Source: a virus (lineage: Duplodnaviria; Caudoviricetes). From it: a DNA stretch of 46,490 nt. The notes under the pieces were generated by a model. The model worked only from the letters and a program-made list of their open reading frames with translations. It was not told the origin of the DNA and ran no database searches. This document shows positions 8,341 through 17,203 of the stretch, one piece after another (position 1 is the stretch's first letter; each line of letters starts with the position of its first letter). The translations under genes were made by a program, and so were the position numbers. The DNA is taken from positions 1 to 46,490 of the IMG/VR virus record IMGVR_UViG_3300025296_000026; one strand, written 5' to 3'.

Positions 8341-8608
8341 GGAAACGGCATCGGTTCTTATTAGTGCAACGGGTTGTTCTATGACGTTCATTTACAACGA
8401 TAGTCTAGAGCCGTTGTTGCGCTTGGGTAAGAGTACGGTCCAACGGGTGAGCCATGTTGAACCCTACCAAGATCATAGAACAAAGGAGATGAATGGATGG
8501 GTTGCGGATATGTCTCCGGTCAACGGGCCCGAACTTGGACCATATGAATTAAGAGACGAGGCGTTAAACGCAGAACGAGAGTGGCTTAGTAAGTCTTTCA
8601 ATCTATAG
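8333..8608 (+). CDS. Small protein of the AAA/DUF1257/DUF2997 module
   Basis: FIY...LG...RVSHVEP...WVADMSPVNGPELGPY..RDEAL.AE.EWL; ATG 8333 overlaps the upstream gene end. Confidence 0.7.
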   Translation: MAKETASVLISATGCSMTFIYNDSLEPLLRLGKSTVQRVSHVEPYQDHRTKEMNGWVADMSPVNGPELGPYELRDEALNAEREWLSKSFNL

Positions 8609-8650
8609 GTAAGTTGTAACAATACGATCTTATAAAGGAAAGAGATCATC

Positions 8651-9541
8651 ATGACTATTGACGAACAAAGTGTGAACACTATTGCAGACCGTGCTGTCTA
8701 TCTTGTGCTTGATTGGTCTTGCCTTGGGACATGGAAGAGAGTAGAAACGAAGGAAACCACGACAGAGCTTAGAGCATCGAAGCGTTTGATTAAAAGCGAT
8801 GTGGTGTCGGATTTGAACAAGGTACGAAATAGAACACGAACCGTACTCGCTAAGTATTCGTTAAGCTCTTTGTTCCGTCCGGGCGTCTATGTTGTGCCAT
8901 TGGAATATATCAAGACGGTAGACGAGACATTGCAATATGAATCGGGACAGTTAGAACTGGCAAGGAAGAAGCTCGTCAGCGAGTGGGACGATATTATTAG
9001 CGAGGCAAGAAAGAGACTAGGAGATCTTTTCGACCCACTGGACTATGGTAGCGGGGTTCAGGCATCAGAACGTTTTAGCATGTCGTATAGGTTCATCCCT
9101 ATTGCGTCAACGCCTGACATTATCAAAAGCGTAGCGGCTGATACGTATAAGGCAGACTTAGAACGTTCACGGCAGGCAGCGGAGAAGGAATTAGAAGCCT
9201 TTCGCGAGAGCCTACGGATTACCTTGATCGGCATTATTGAGAACATGCGTGCGAATTTGAATAAGCCAGACGGAGAACGTAGGACATTCGGTAAGCGGTT
9301 CTTTAAGAACCTACATGGCTTCATGGATACGTTTGAAAGTAAGAACCTATCAGACGATGGTGAACTCGGCAAGGTTGTTAAGCAATTGAGAGACGTAGCG
9401 AATGGCGTAGATGATCGCGTGCTTAAGGTGAGCAGGGACGAACAAAGCGCATTAGATACTACGCTTAAAGGTATTAGCGATTGCGTTGGCAACATGGTGA
9501 TAGACGAAGGAAGAAAGATTGATCTCTCGGACGTTGCGTAA
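8651..9541 (+). CDS. Helical protein, DUF3150-like
   Basis: G.YVVP and LGDLFDPLDY motifs with coiled coils; RBS AAAGGA. Family call is tentative. Confidence 0.6.
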   Translation: MTIDEQSVNTIADRAVYLVLDWSCLGTWKRVETKETTTELRASKRLIKSDVVSDLNKVRNRTRTVLAKYSLSSLFRPGVYVVPLEYIKTVDETLQYESGQLELARKKLVSEWDDIISEARKRLGDLFDPLDYGSGVQASERFSMSYRFIPIASTPDIIKSVAADTYKADLERSRQAAEKELEAFRESLRITLIGIIENMRANLNKPDGERRTFGKRFFKNLHGFMDTFESKNLSDDGELGKVVKQLRDVANGVDDRVLKVSRDEQSALDTTLKGISDCVGNMVIDEGRKIDLSDVA

Positions 9542-9548
9542 GCAATAG

Positions 9549-9590
9549 AGAGACAGGCACGAGTTTGTGTGCCTGTCTCTTTCTTTTTCT
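9549..9590 (+). terminator. Intrinsic terminator
   Basis: AGAGACAGGCAC / GTGCCTGTCTCT 12-bp stem followed by TTCTTTTT. Confidence 0.85.
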
Positions 9591-9629
9591 GCTCGGGTGA
9601 CGTTTTTCTTCTTAGAAAGGTCTCGCGTA

Positions 9630-10130
9630 ATGGATAAGAAATTACCCGGTATATTGAACGAGCCTTCTGTAGATCACATCCGAGGCGGTCTTCGTTCTAA
9701 TGCACCGATGATGGTTGCGAATCCCGAAGGGCATAGGAAAGCATTAGCAGACCATTCGTTTCTGTTCCCTGTTGTTGAAGTCGGGCGCGTCTATGATGGA
9801 GACACGCTTATAGACACAGTGTTAGACCTTGGATTTGGTTTGCGTCTTTCTATTTCTTGTCGGCTATATGGGATTAATGCGCCCGAAGTCAGAGGAACCG
9901 AACGCGAGGCAGGTCTACGATCGAAGGAATGGCTTGCAACCTATCTTAATAACGCGATCATAGAAGCGAAGCCTATTCATATGCAAACTATACAAAGAGA
10001 CGGCACACCCGCTGCGACAGGGAAAGAAAAAGGCAAATATGGGCGATGGCTTGTTCGGTTGTGGGTTGGTGGCGAAGACGTGAATGATCGGCTAGTGATT
10101 GAAGGATTCGCCGAAGAGAAATCCTATTAG
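9630..10130 (+). CDS. Thermonuclease (SNase-like)
   Basis: RVYDGDT...DLGF...RLYGINAPE.R...GKYGRWL...N..LV.EG.A. Confidence 0.9.
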   Translation: MDKKLPGILNEPSVDHIRGGLRSNAPMMVANPEGHRKALADHSFLFPVVEVGRVYDGDTLIDTVLDLGFGLRLSISCRLYGINAPEVRGTEREAGLRSKEWLATYLNNAIIEAKPIHMQTIQRDGTPAATGKEKGKYGRWLVRLWVGGEDVNDRLVIEGFAEEKSY

Positions 10131-10142
10131 ATAGGCAGTTAT

Positions 10143-11312
10143 ATGAATGTGCAACAGGTCAAAGAATGGGTGCGGTGGGCGTGGTCTATTGGTGCAACAG
10201 CATGTCCGCACCATAAGGGTTGGATTCCGCCGATACCGTCAGACGTAGAACGAGATGCGGGTCCGTTGCGTTCTAACTTAGAACTTCAATTGCTCGCAGA
10301 AGTTATTGTGAGAGCCTCTGAAGGACAGACGCATGCAGAGATCTTAGAATGGGTGCAGCGTATCGTTGATCCTCCTCCTAATAGCGGCGGGGCTACTTCT
10401 ATCTCTGAGTACACTAGAAAGAATGACGGCAATAGAACAATAGAATCACTTAACCATGATTGGAAGAATCCTATAGGCGCATACCTCTATGGTCCGCATT
10501 GGTTATTCGCTTCTACGTGGTTGCATTTGAATGAGGATGAACTCGATTCTTATCTAACAAGCGAAGCACAGAAAGATGCTACGCATGTAGTAGTCGCATT
10601 GAGCACAGGGCATCGTCCACACTTCAATGAAGTACCGTTCAATTTCTTAGAATCACAAAGGACAAAGGACAGAGTAAGAGACCGATTGCAATATATTATT
10701 AATGCAGGTAAGTCACCGTGGGTCTATCTATGCTCGCAGGAATACTTTGTCCAGATGCTAGCCAGTGATCATACTGCGTTCCTTAGATATGCAGAAGAAG
10801 CAATAGAGACGGTATCTGATTTGTGTAGCCACGCCACGCCATTTAGAGAGCTAGGTGATATCTATGGAGGTTCGCAATTAAAAGAACGAAGACAAATATA
10901 TAGAGCAATGAGAAAAGGCGCGAAGCGTGTAGCATTAGCAGTTCACGAACGCGCATTAGAACAAATCCCTCTCAATGACTTAGAGGGTATAGAAGGGAGG
11001 ACGGTTAGTGCATTGCAGACAGGGTTCCATGTGAAAACGAAAGGAGCGAAATATACAGAGGGTGGACATAACTATAGCGGTTCTATTGAGTTCGCATTAG
11101 ATAATGCAAGGCGTATGAATTCCTATCAACGGCAAGGGAGACTAGACGATCATTGCTCAGGTGTTTTTGAACACTCCATCCCAAACACAGGAACAGACAC
11201 GCGGCCTGCATTTACTAAGTATCATCGTTCATTAGAAGAAGCGAAGCGGTATGGTATGGAATTGATACACGCGGGCGTGGCGTTTGATATGTCAGGACTA
11301 GGCGCAGCATAA
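10143..11312 (+). CDS. Hypothetical 389-aa protein, possibly an alpha/beta-barrel enzyme
   Basis: Long ORF; alternating helix/strand pattern after a Pro/Gly linker; no diagnostic motif. Confidence 0.7.
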   Translation: MNVQQVKEWVRWAWSIGATACPHHKGWIPPIPSDVERDAGPLRSNLELQLLAEVIVRASEGQTHAEILEWVQRIVDPPPNSGGATSISEYTRKNDGNRTIESLNHDWKNPIGAYLYGPHWLFASTWLHLNEDELDSYLTSEAQKDATHVVVALSTGHRPHFNEVPFNFLESQRTKDRVRDRLQYIINAGKSPWVYLCSQEYFVQMLASDHTAFLRYAEEAIETVSDLCSHATPFRELGDIYGGSQLKERRQIYRAMRKGAKRVALAVHERALEQIPLNDLEGIEGRTVSALQTGFHVKTKGAKYTEGGHNYSGSIEFALDNARRMNSYQRQGRLDDHCSGVFEHSIPNTGTDTRPAFTKYHRSLEEAKRYGMELIHAGVAFDMSGLGAA

Positions 11313-11326
11313 GAGAGGATTACACA

Positions 11327-12223
11327 ATGAATGATTTAGCAATTGTAGAGGCAGAAGGATTAATTCCTGTACCGGGAGCGAAAGAACTAGAAGCTAATGT
11401 GCGACGTTATCAAGAAATGCAACATACATTAGATAAGTTACTGCCGAATGAAATAGTAGAGACAGGCAAGGATGGCAAGAAGTATCGCCGCAAAGGTTAC
11501 TGGAAAGCCATTGCACAAGGGTTCTCACTTAACGTAGAGTTAGTGAAAGAAGAACGGCAGGAATTAACTGACGGAGATTTCGGTTATGTGGTGACTTATA
11601 AGGCTACTGACCCGAGAACGAATAGAACATCGGACGGCGACGGCGCATGTTTCGCTAGTGAGAAATCACAAAGACGCGGCGGCATCGGAGGGACAGAGCA
11701 CAATGTCAGGGCGCATGCTCATACTCGCGCGACGAATAGAGCGATTAGCAACCTTGTCGCCTTTGGAGAGGTCTCGGCAGAAGAGATAGAAAACACAGAA
11801 CGGGGAGTGCCTGAGACACCCAAAAGAAAACGACAAAAGAAACTACCAGAGGCAACGTTAGAACAGCATGACGGTCCTGAGTTTGTTAAGGACATTACAG
11901 CAGGCAGCACATGGAGCAATGGTACAACGGTTCATAAGATCACAACGAACAAGAATAAGTATACGACATTGAAAGATGATCTAGTAGATCTTGCGGAAAC
12001 AGCATTGCGACAGGAACGCCCTGTGGAGATTGCCTATCAGATTAAGAAAACGAAAAAGAATGCAGATGGCGAGATTCACGAATACAAAGCGATGACGGGT
12101 CTATCTCTCCTACAAGAAGAGATAGACGAGACAGAGGTGGACCCTGAAACGAACACGGTACAGGCAAGCGATGCGTTGCCAGTGAAGGACAATACACCAG
12201 ACGAAGATGAGATCCCATTCTAA
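11327..12223 (+). CDS. Putative ssDNA-annealing protein with SSB-like acidic tail
   Basis: GDGAC...E and HNVRAHAHTRATNRAISNL...EVSAEE; ends DEDEIPF; lies next to an exonuclease. Confidence 0.65.
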   Translation: MNDLAIVEAEGLIPVPGAKELEANVRRYQEMQHTLDKLLPNEIVETGKDGKKYRRKGYWKAIAQGFSLNVELVKEERQELTDGDFGYVVTYKATDPRTNRTSDGDGACFASEKSQRRGGIGGTEHNVRAHAHTRATNRAISNLVAFGEVSAEEIENTERGVPETPKRKRQKKLPEATLEQHDGPEFVKDITAGSTWSNGTTVHKITTNKNKYTTLKDDLVDLAETALRQERPVEIAYQIKKTKKNADGEIHEYKAMTGLSLLQEEIDETEVDPETNTVQASDALPVKDNTPDEDEIPF

Positions 12224-12224
12224 C

Positions 12225-12347
12225 GTGATTTGTCCTCATTGCGGGAATGACGATCTGCGTCTTATAGAAAGAACCGCAACGGGCACGGTATCAATTACGT
12301 TCGTGTGTATTGTCTGTTCTAAGTCGTGGATTTTTGCTATCATATAG
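12225..12347 (+). CDS. Small Zn-ribbon protein (40 aa)
   Basis: Not in the ORF track: MICPHCGNDD...FVCIVCSKSW. Confidence 0.65.
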   Translation: MICPHCGNDDLRLIERTATGTVSITFVCIVCSKSWIFAII

Positions 12348-12452
12348 AAGCATTCATTGGGTACGGCAGTGAATGTTCTCTCCGGGAGTGGGGCGTTACG
12401 TCTACTTGTGTTTTTGGTATCCCACTGGTAGGCTAACGCCTCGTTCTTTTTC
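12335..12452 (+). ncRNA. Candidate ~100-nt two-hairpin sRNA or attenuator with its own extended -10
   Basis: TGCTATCAT (12335-43); stem 12350-59/12367-76; long stem 12384-12447; then a T-tract. Confidence 0.45.
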
Positions 12453-12490
12453 TTCCTAACAACAAAATGTCACCCGAGCGGGGCGGAGCT

Positions 12491-13072
12491 ATGATTAGAG
12501 TAACTGAACTCTTGCGATGGAGTGGTGAATCAGAACCAATACCAGATTACCCGCATGTAAGAAGGGCAATGGAAAGAGGGACGGCGGTACATGATATGTC
12601 CCTCAACCTTGAGGACCGATTAGATTTGCAGCCTGACAAACCAGTAGAAGACTACATCAACGAATTGCCAGAATGGATTAGAGGCTATGCCAATGCTGTT
12701 AGAAGATTCAACGAAGACTACAGGCCGCAGTGGATAGAGAAGGAGCTAAGGAAAGTAGACATAGAGTTAGGCATTAGTGGGTGCCCTGATAGGGTCTGTG
12801 TAATAGATGAAAAGGTCTCGCTTATTGATTATAAGACAGGCCATAACTACTCGTGGCATAGGTTGCAGTTAGCCCTATATCAGATCTTAGTTGAACGGGC
12901 AGGGATACAAATAGAACAGCGGGTTAACGTGTACCTCTATTCTAGTGGGCGCTATCGCGTGGGCATTCATAACAACATCAAAGACATACACGATGCGTGG
13001 TTAATTATTAACAAGTATAAACGTTATAAAGAGAATAAACCGAAGGTTCTAGGGGAGGGTTGCAAGCCATGA
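12491..13072 (+). CDS. PD-(D/E)XK exonuclease (Cas4/RecB-like)
   Basis: RGTAVH...E...SGCPDR...LIDYKTG...QLALY. Confidence 0.9.
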   Translation: MIRVTELLRWSGESEPIPDYPHVRRAMERGTAVHDMSLNLEDRLDLQPDKPVEDYINELPEWIRGYANAVRRFNEDYRPQWIEKELRKVDIELGISGCPDRVCVIDEKVSLIDYKTGHNYSWHRLQLALYQILVERAGIQIEQRVNVYLYSSGRYRVGIHNNIKDIHDAWLIINKYKRYKENKPKVLGEGCKP

Positions 13073-13824
13073 CAGTAGATATAGAACTAGGGAAAGAAGC
13101 AGGCAGGGAGATAGGTCTAGTCTGGAGTAAAGCAGAGGGCTGTATAGAGATTGATAGAGAGATAAGAAGCGAAAAGGAATGTAGGCACGCACAGGAATCT
13201 ATAGCGGCATACCGTTCTATGCGTGCGGATATGGTCAATGTTTATACGGATATGCTTAGACCGTTGAACGATAAGCGTAATGTTATCTTAAAGTGGAAGA
13301 GACTGGATCTAGGTCTTATTGATAATTCAATTTCTGATTTATCGTTGAACCTCACAAATTATACGAATAAGAAGAAAGAAGATAGCGAAGAACGAGCAAG
13401 GAAAGCATTAGAGGAGGCGATACGAGAGGGCGAGGATTACAAGGACCGTGTGATTACTGATTGCGAAATAGAAGCGTCACTATTAGAACAAGAGGGACTA
13501 GAGAATGAGGCGCATGACGTTAGAGTAAAAGCGGAGAACTTGCGTTCTGTGACACCGATTCCGAACGTAGAATCTAAGGCTACTGAGATAGAGCCTATGC
13601 AGAATTCACCAGTCTACGAACGAGAGACGTACCATGTAACGCTAGTTGATCTAGCGGTTCTATTGCATGCTGTGGTAGATGGAAAGGTATCTATTAATGC
13701 AATAAAGCCAAATCTTTCGTGGTTGAATTCTAAGGTTCGATTGCACGATGGAAAGCTAGACATTCCGGGTGTAATGACAGAAAAGAAAACTAGCTATATA
13801 AGAAAGGCAAGCAAGCATGGTTGA
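13069..13824 (+). CDS. Coiled-coil protein of the recombination module
   Basis: Long coiled coil with C-terminal LDIPGV; sits between the exonuclease and helicase. Confidence 0.7.
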   Translation: MTVDIELGKEAGREIGLVWSKAEGCIEIDREIRSEKECRHAQESIAAYRSMRADMVNVYTDMLRPLNDKRNVILKWKRLDLGLIDNSISDLSLNLTNYTNKKKEDSEERARKALEEAIREGEDYKDRVITDCEIEASLLEQEGLENEAHDVRVKAENLRSVTPIPNVESKATEIEPMQNSPVYERETYHVTLVDLAVLLHAVVDGKVSINAIKPNLSWLNSKVRLHDGKLDIPGVMTEKKTSYIRKASKHG

Positions 13825-15151
13825 TCCTGGCTCACCTTTGTCTGTCCTTACTGATAGGGATCTAGAAGAGGCGGTAATAGGGCAGATAGTAATCCACAAA
13901 GCATGGCCGTTCTATTCTGCACTGGGTATGAATGCTGATCATTTCTGGTCAAATGATCATAAACAGATTATTAACATTGCGTCTCGCTTGGTCTCTGAGG
14001 GCGTATCGCCTGACCCTGTATTGCTTAGGAAGGGCGGCGCGTCTGCTGTTGCTATATCACAGTGCCTAGGTAATACCGTTCCATTGAGTGAGGTGAACGG
14101 CAAGTATATGTTAGATCAATTGCGAGAACTATCACGGGCGCGAAAGATCTACTATGCCTGCCAGGAATTAGAACAAACGTTATCACTAGGGAGTGGGTCT
14201 GCAAAGGATGTAGTGAATGAGCACCTCGTATCTGTAGAGAAGATTGTTAGAGAGTCCACAGATACAGGCGTCGTAATGGACGCAGATGCGCAGCATGCCG
14301 CAGCGTTACACCTAGCAAAGACTCGGCATAGCGCGCAACGTGTTTGGTTAGGGTTAGAAAAGTTAGATAGCGTAATAGACGGTTTAACCTCGGGCGAAGT
14401 TCTCGGGTTAGCCGCGCGTCCTGGTATAGGTAAAACGCTGTGGATGGGGCGGTATATGCGTTCTGTTATGGATTACGAGATGGGCGCGTTAATGTTTTCT
14501 TTAGAGATGCCTACCGCGCAGATTGTTACTCGCCTAATTCAACCTGAGTGGGAATGGAATAGAACCAAAGCATTAGATGAAATGAAAGCAAACAAACCAA
14601 GCGTAGAAGAGTATAGGGAGAAATTTAAGAACCTGCACATATGCGACAGCGCAGGATTACCAGTTGCCGAAATGGAATCTATAACGATGCGCTTACAACA
14701 GCGGCATAAGATAGGCTTAGTTCTTATTGATCATCTAGGGTTAGTTGGTGGGCATAACAATCTGAGACCATACGAAAGAACAAGCGTAAACAGCAGAGAG
14801 ATTAAAGATCTCGCCAAGCGTTGCAAGGTGCCTGTTGTTGTTGCGTTGCAAGTCTCACGGGAAAGCGGGGGCGATGGCTCTGTACCGCTTTCGTTATCTT
14901 CTACTAGGGACTCGGGCGTAACAGAGGAAGTGTGTGATTACCTGATAGGATTACATCGGCCAGATAGAAATAACAATCTTACATCTACGCAACGCTTTGA
15001 ATTCTCCAATGTAGTTATTGCAAGAGTAATTAAGAACAGGCACGGCGCAGTCGGCGAAGAGGTTGCAGTGCATATAGACCCAGAAACCCTAGAATGGGAT
15101 GAACGCAAAGATCTGAAATCACCGAGGCGCACAGTTAGAACAAGCTCATAA
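13817..15151 (+). CDS. dnaB: Replicative DNA helicase, DnaB family
   Basis: AARPGIGKT, FSLEM, LIDHL, Q.SR, RDSG..EE..D, KNRHG. Confidence 0.93.
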   Translation: MVDPGSPLSVLTDRDLEEAVIGQIVIHKAWPFYSALGMNADHFWSNDHKQIINIASRLVSEGVSPDPVLLRKGGASAVAISQCLGNTVPLSEVNGKYMLDQLRELSRARKIYYACQELEQTLSLGSGSAKDVVNEHLVSVEKIVRESTDTGVVMDADAQHAAALHLAKTRHSAQRVWLGLEKLDSVIDGLTSGEVLGLAARPGIGKTLWMGRYMRSVMDYEMGALMFSLEMPTAQIVTRLIQPEWEWNRTKALDEMKANKPSVEEYREKFKNLHICDSAGLPVAEMESITMRLQQRHKIGLVLIDHLGLVGGHNNLRPYERTSVNSREIKDLAKRCKVPVVVALQVSRESGGDGSVPLSLSSTRDSGVTEEVCDYLIGLHRPDRNNNLTSTQRFEFSNVVIARVIKNRHGAVGEEVAVHIDPETLEWDERKDLKSPRRTVRTSS

Positions 15152-15165
15152 CGTCGCAGTACAGC

Positions 15166-15253
15166 GCACACAAAGACCCATAGCATAAGTCTGTAGAGCC
15201 TAGGATTCTAGGTGTCTGCGTTCTTATGGCTATGGGTCTTTTTTTGTTTGTGC
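15166..15253 (+). terminator. Long hairpin with T-tract after dnaB
   Basis: AAAGACCCATAGC-ATAAG pairs with CTTATG-GCTATGGGTCTTT; inner CCTAG/CTAGG stem; followed by TTTT. Confidence 0.7.
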
Positions 15254-15316
15254 TCTGATTATTTGTATAAAAAAAGTAGCGGAAATTATACGTCCAATGT
15301 GCTAACCTTCACTTGT

Positions 15317-15733
15317 TTGATAGTACGTTTCACGGTTACGGGAGTGCCTAGGCCGAAAGGCTCAATGCGTGCCTTTCTTCCGAAGGGTTCTACGCGACCG
15401 ATTATTACGGCATCGAACCCTGCGCTTAAGACATGGGAACAAGCGATAAGAAATGTTGCACAACCCTATGCCTATGTGTTTACGACTTCGCCCGTCAGGG
15501 TCTCTCTACGGTTCTCTATGCAGAGACCTAAGAACTTTCCGAAGAAGAGATCCCGCAGGCATACGAAACGCCCGGATATAGATAAGCTCTCACGAGCGGC
15601 ATTAGATGCGCTGACGGGGATCTTATGGGCTGATGATTCACAGGTCTATTCGTTGCACGCGAATAAGATCTACGCACTATCAGACGAAGCACCATCGGTG
15701 AAAATTACTGTTACTACTATGGAGGAAATATGA
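15317..15733 (+). CDS. rusA: RusA-family Holliday junction resolvase
   Basis: FTVTGVPRPKGS.R...KRPDIDKL.RA.LDALTG..W.DDSQV. TTG 15317 is the likely start; the track's extension overlaps the terminator. Confidence 0.9.
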   Translation: MIVRFTVTGVPRPKGSMRAFLPKGSTRPIITASNPALKTWEQAIRNVAQPYAYVFTTSPVRVSLRFSMQRPKNFPKKRSRRHTKRPDIDKLSRAALDALTGILWADDSQVYSLHANKIYALSDEAPSVKITVTTMEEI

Positions 15734-16311
15734 ACGATCTTGCGGTAGTTACTCCGTCAGTGTTGCCAGTTGGAAAATTTGAAATAGAAGACTTTGACTT
15801 CTCACCCACCTATTTAAAGCCGAGAGATAACTTTGATTTGAATCAGTGGGAACGACTCGGGCAGTTTATTAGACTAACAAATCAAGCGTGCCAATTCTGG
15901 TGGGGCGATTGGTTGAACATGGGCGAAGAGTCATTTGGAGAAAAAGCATCGCAAGCATTAGAACCTACAGGATGGGACGTTGATACATTGCAAGTCTATT
16001 CTTGGGTCTGTAAGAAAGTGCCTGCTGAGAGTAGGATTACTGGGGTGACGTTTTCTCATTATCAATTGCTTGCGAAGTATCCATTAGAATTTCAACAGGA
16101 ATGGGCGCAGCGAGTGGTGTCTGAGAATATGTCAGTTAGAGGATTGCGCTACGCATTAAAGGAATTAAAAGAGCCGACTAAGCAGGATCAGCCGTGCATC
16201 CTTATACGCTGTAAGAACGATGCTGATGCCGATACGGTAGAGGCATTGCTTCCTGAGAATGTGAAAGACACCTGTGTGATAGAAAGAGTTCGGCGAAAGA
16301 TGAAGGCGTAG
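15730..16311 (+). CDS. LmbU-like DNA-binding protein
   Basis: FWWGDWL..GE..FG.K..QA...TG....TL..Y.WV......R...V.FSHY pattern. Confidence 0.6.
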   Translation: MNDLAVVTPSVLPVGKFEIEDFDFSPTYLKPRDNFDLNQWERLGQFIRLTNQACQFWWGDWLNMGEESFGEKASQALEPTGWDVDTLQVYSWVCKKVPAESRITGVTFSHYQLLAKYPLEFQQEWAQRVVSENMSVRGLRYALKELKEPTKQDQPCILIRCKNDADADTVEALLPENVKDTCVIERVRRKMKA

Positions 16312-16313
16312 CA

Positions 16314-16670
16314 ATGATGTTCCCGAAGCCAGAGCCGCAGCAGATAGAACGACAAAGAAAGAAATCAGCAGAACGGTACTGGATTCGCAGAGTACGTGAA
16401 GAAGTCGAGATACGGGACCGTGGTGTATGTCGAGCCTGCGAACAATTGAATCGCAGGCCCGACAATCTCGGCCTACCTATTCAAATGCACGAATTAGTCT
16501 ATAGAAGCAAGACACGTGGCAAGCCCATGCACGAACGGTTCAGCACTGAGAACTGCGTCTTACTCTGCGCGACGTGCCATAGAGATCTACACAATAAGAA
16601 ACTTTCTGTGCATGTAACAAATGAAGCGAAAGGGGCAGACGGAAAGTTAATATTCAAGTTATGGGAATAA
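16314..16670 (+). CDS. HNH-type Zn-binding endonuclease
   Basis: RD.GVCRAC...MHE...ENCVLLCATCH. Confidence 0.75.
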   Translation: MMFPKPEPQQIERQRKKSAERYWIRRVREEVEIRDRGVCRACEQLNRRPDNLGLPIQMHELVYRSKTRGKPMHERFSTENCVLLCATCHRDLHNKKLSVHVTNEAKGADGKLIFKLWE

Positions 16671-17203
16671 ATGAGACACCTGAAGACAGAGATAGGCAAT
16701 CGTTATTCTTTGATTACATAGAACGATGGTCGCCTCGATTAGTAGAACGTGGATTCACGGGGAAGGGGTTAAGTTATGCGAAGCGATTAGATTATATGCT
16801 AGTAAGCAACAACGATCACAACCTTTGTGGATGGGCGGAAATCAAGTGTACATTCCGAACAATTGAATCATTACGCAAGGTCTATAGCATTTCTTTATCA
16901 AAGGTAGCAGTCGGTCGTTCTTATGTAGCCCTAACAGAGGTTCCTGCATGGCTCTTTGTTTGGTTTACGAAAGATAACAAATTTGGTTACGTAGATCTTT
17001 CAAAGGTCAAGACTTCGGCAGGGTTTGTTTACTGGGGCGGGTGGAAAAAGAGAGGGCTACCCGGAGACATGGAACCGATGGTTAGAATTCCCATAGATAC
17101 GTTCGCTATGCAGGAATGCAACTTGGATTATGAACATCTTACTGACAGGCGCAACCGGAACGCTCGGCAAGGCTATCTTATGTCATGTCTTAAAGAACAA
17201 TGA
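16661..17203 (+). CDS. PD-(D/E)XK-like nuclease-fold protein
   Basis: LDY...WAEIKC; C-terminal D.EPMV.IP...F. Confidence 0.6.
   Translation: MGINETPEDRDRQSLFFDYIERWSPRLVERGFTGKGLSYAKRLDYMLVSNNDHNLCGWAEIKCTFRTIESLRKVYSISLSKVAVGRSYVALTEVPAWLFVWFTKDNKFGYVDLSKVKTSAGFVYWGGWKKRGLPGDMEPMVRIPIDTFAMQECNLDYEHLTDRRNRNARQGYLMSCLKEQ

Noticed and set aside
12491-13072. Cas4 as part of a CRISPR system
   Set aside because: No repeat-spacer array or other cas genes; the context is recombination.
5733-15293. GAAATTATACGT repeated at 5733 and 15282
   Set aside because: Both copies are intergenic, but 12-mer repeats are expected by chance in 46 kb and two copies are too few.
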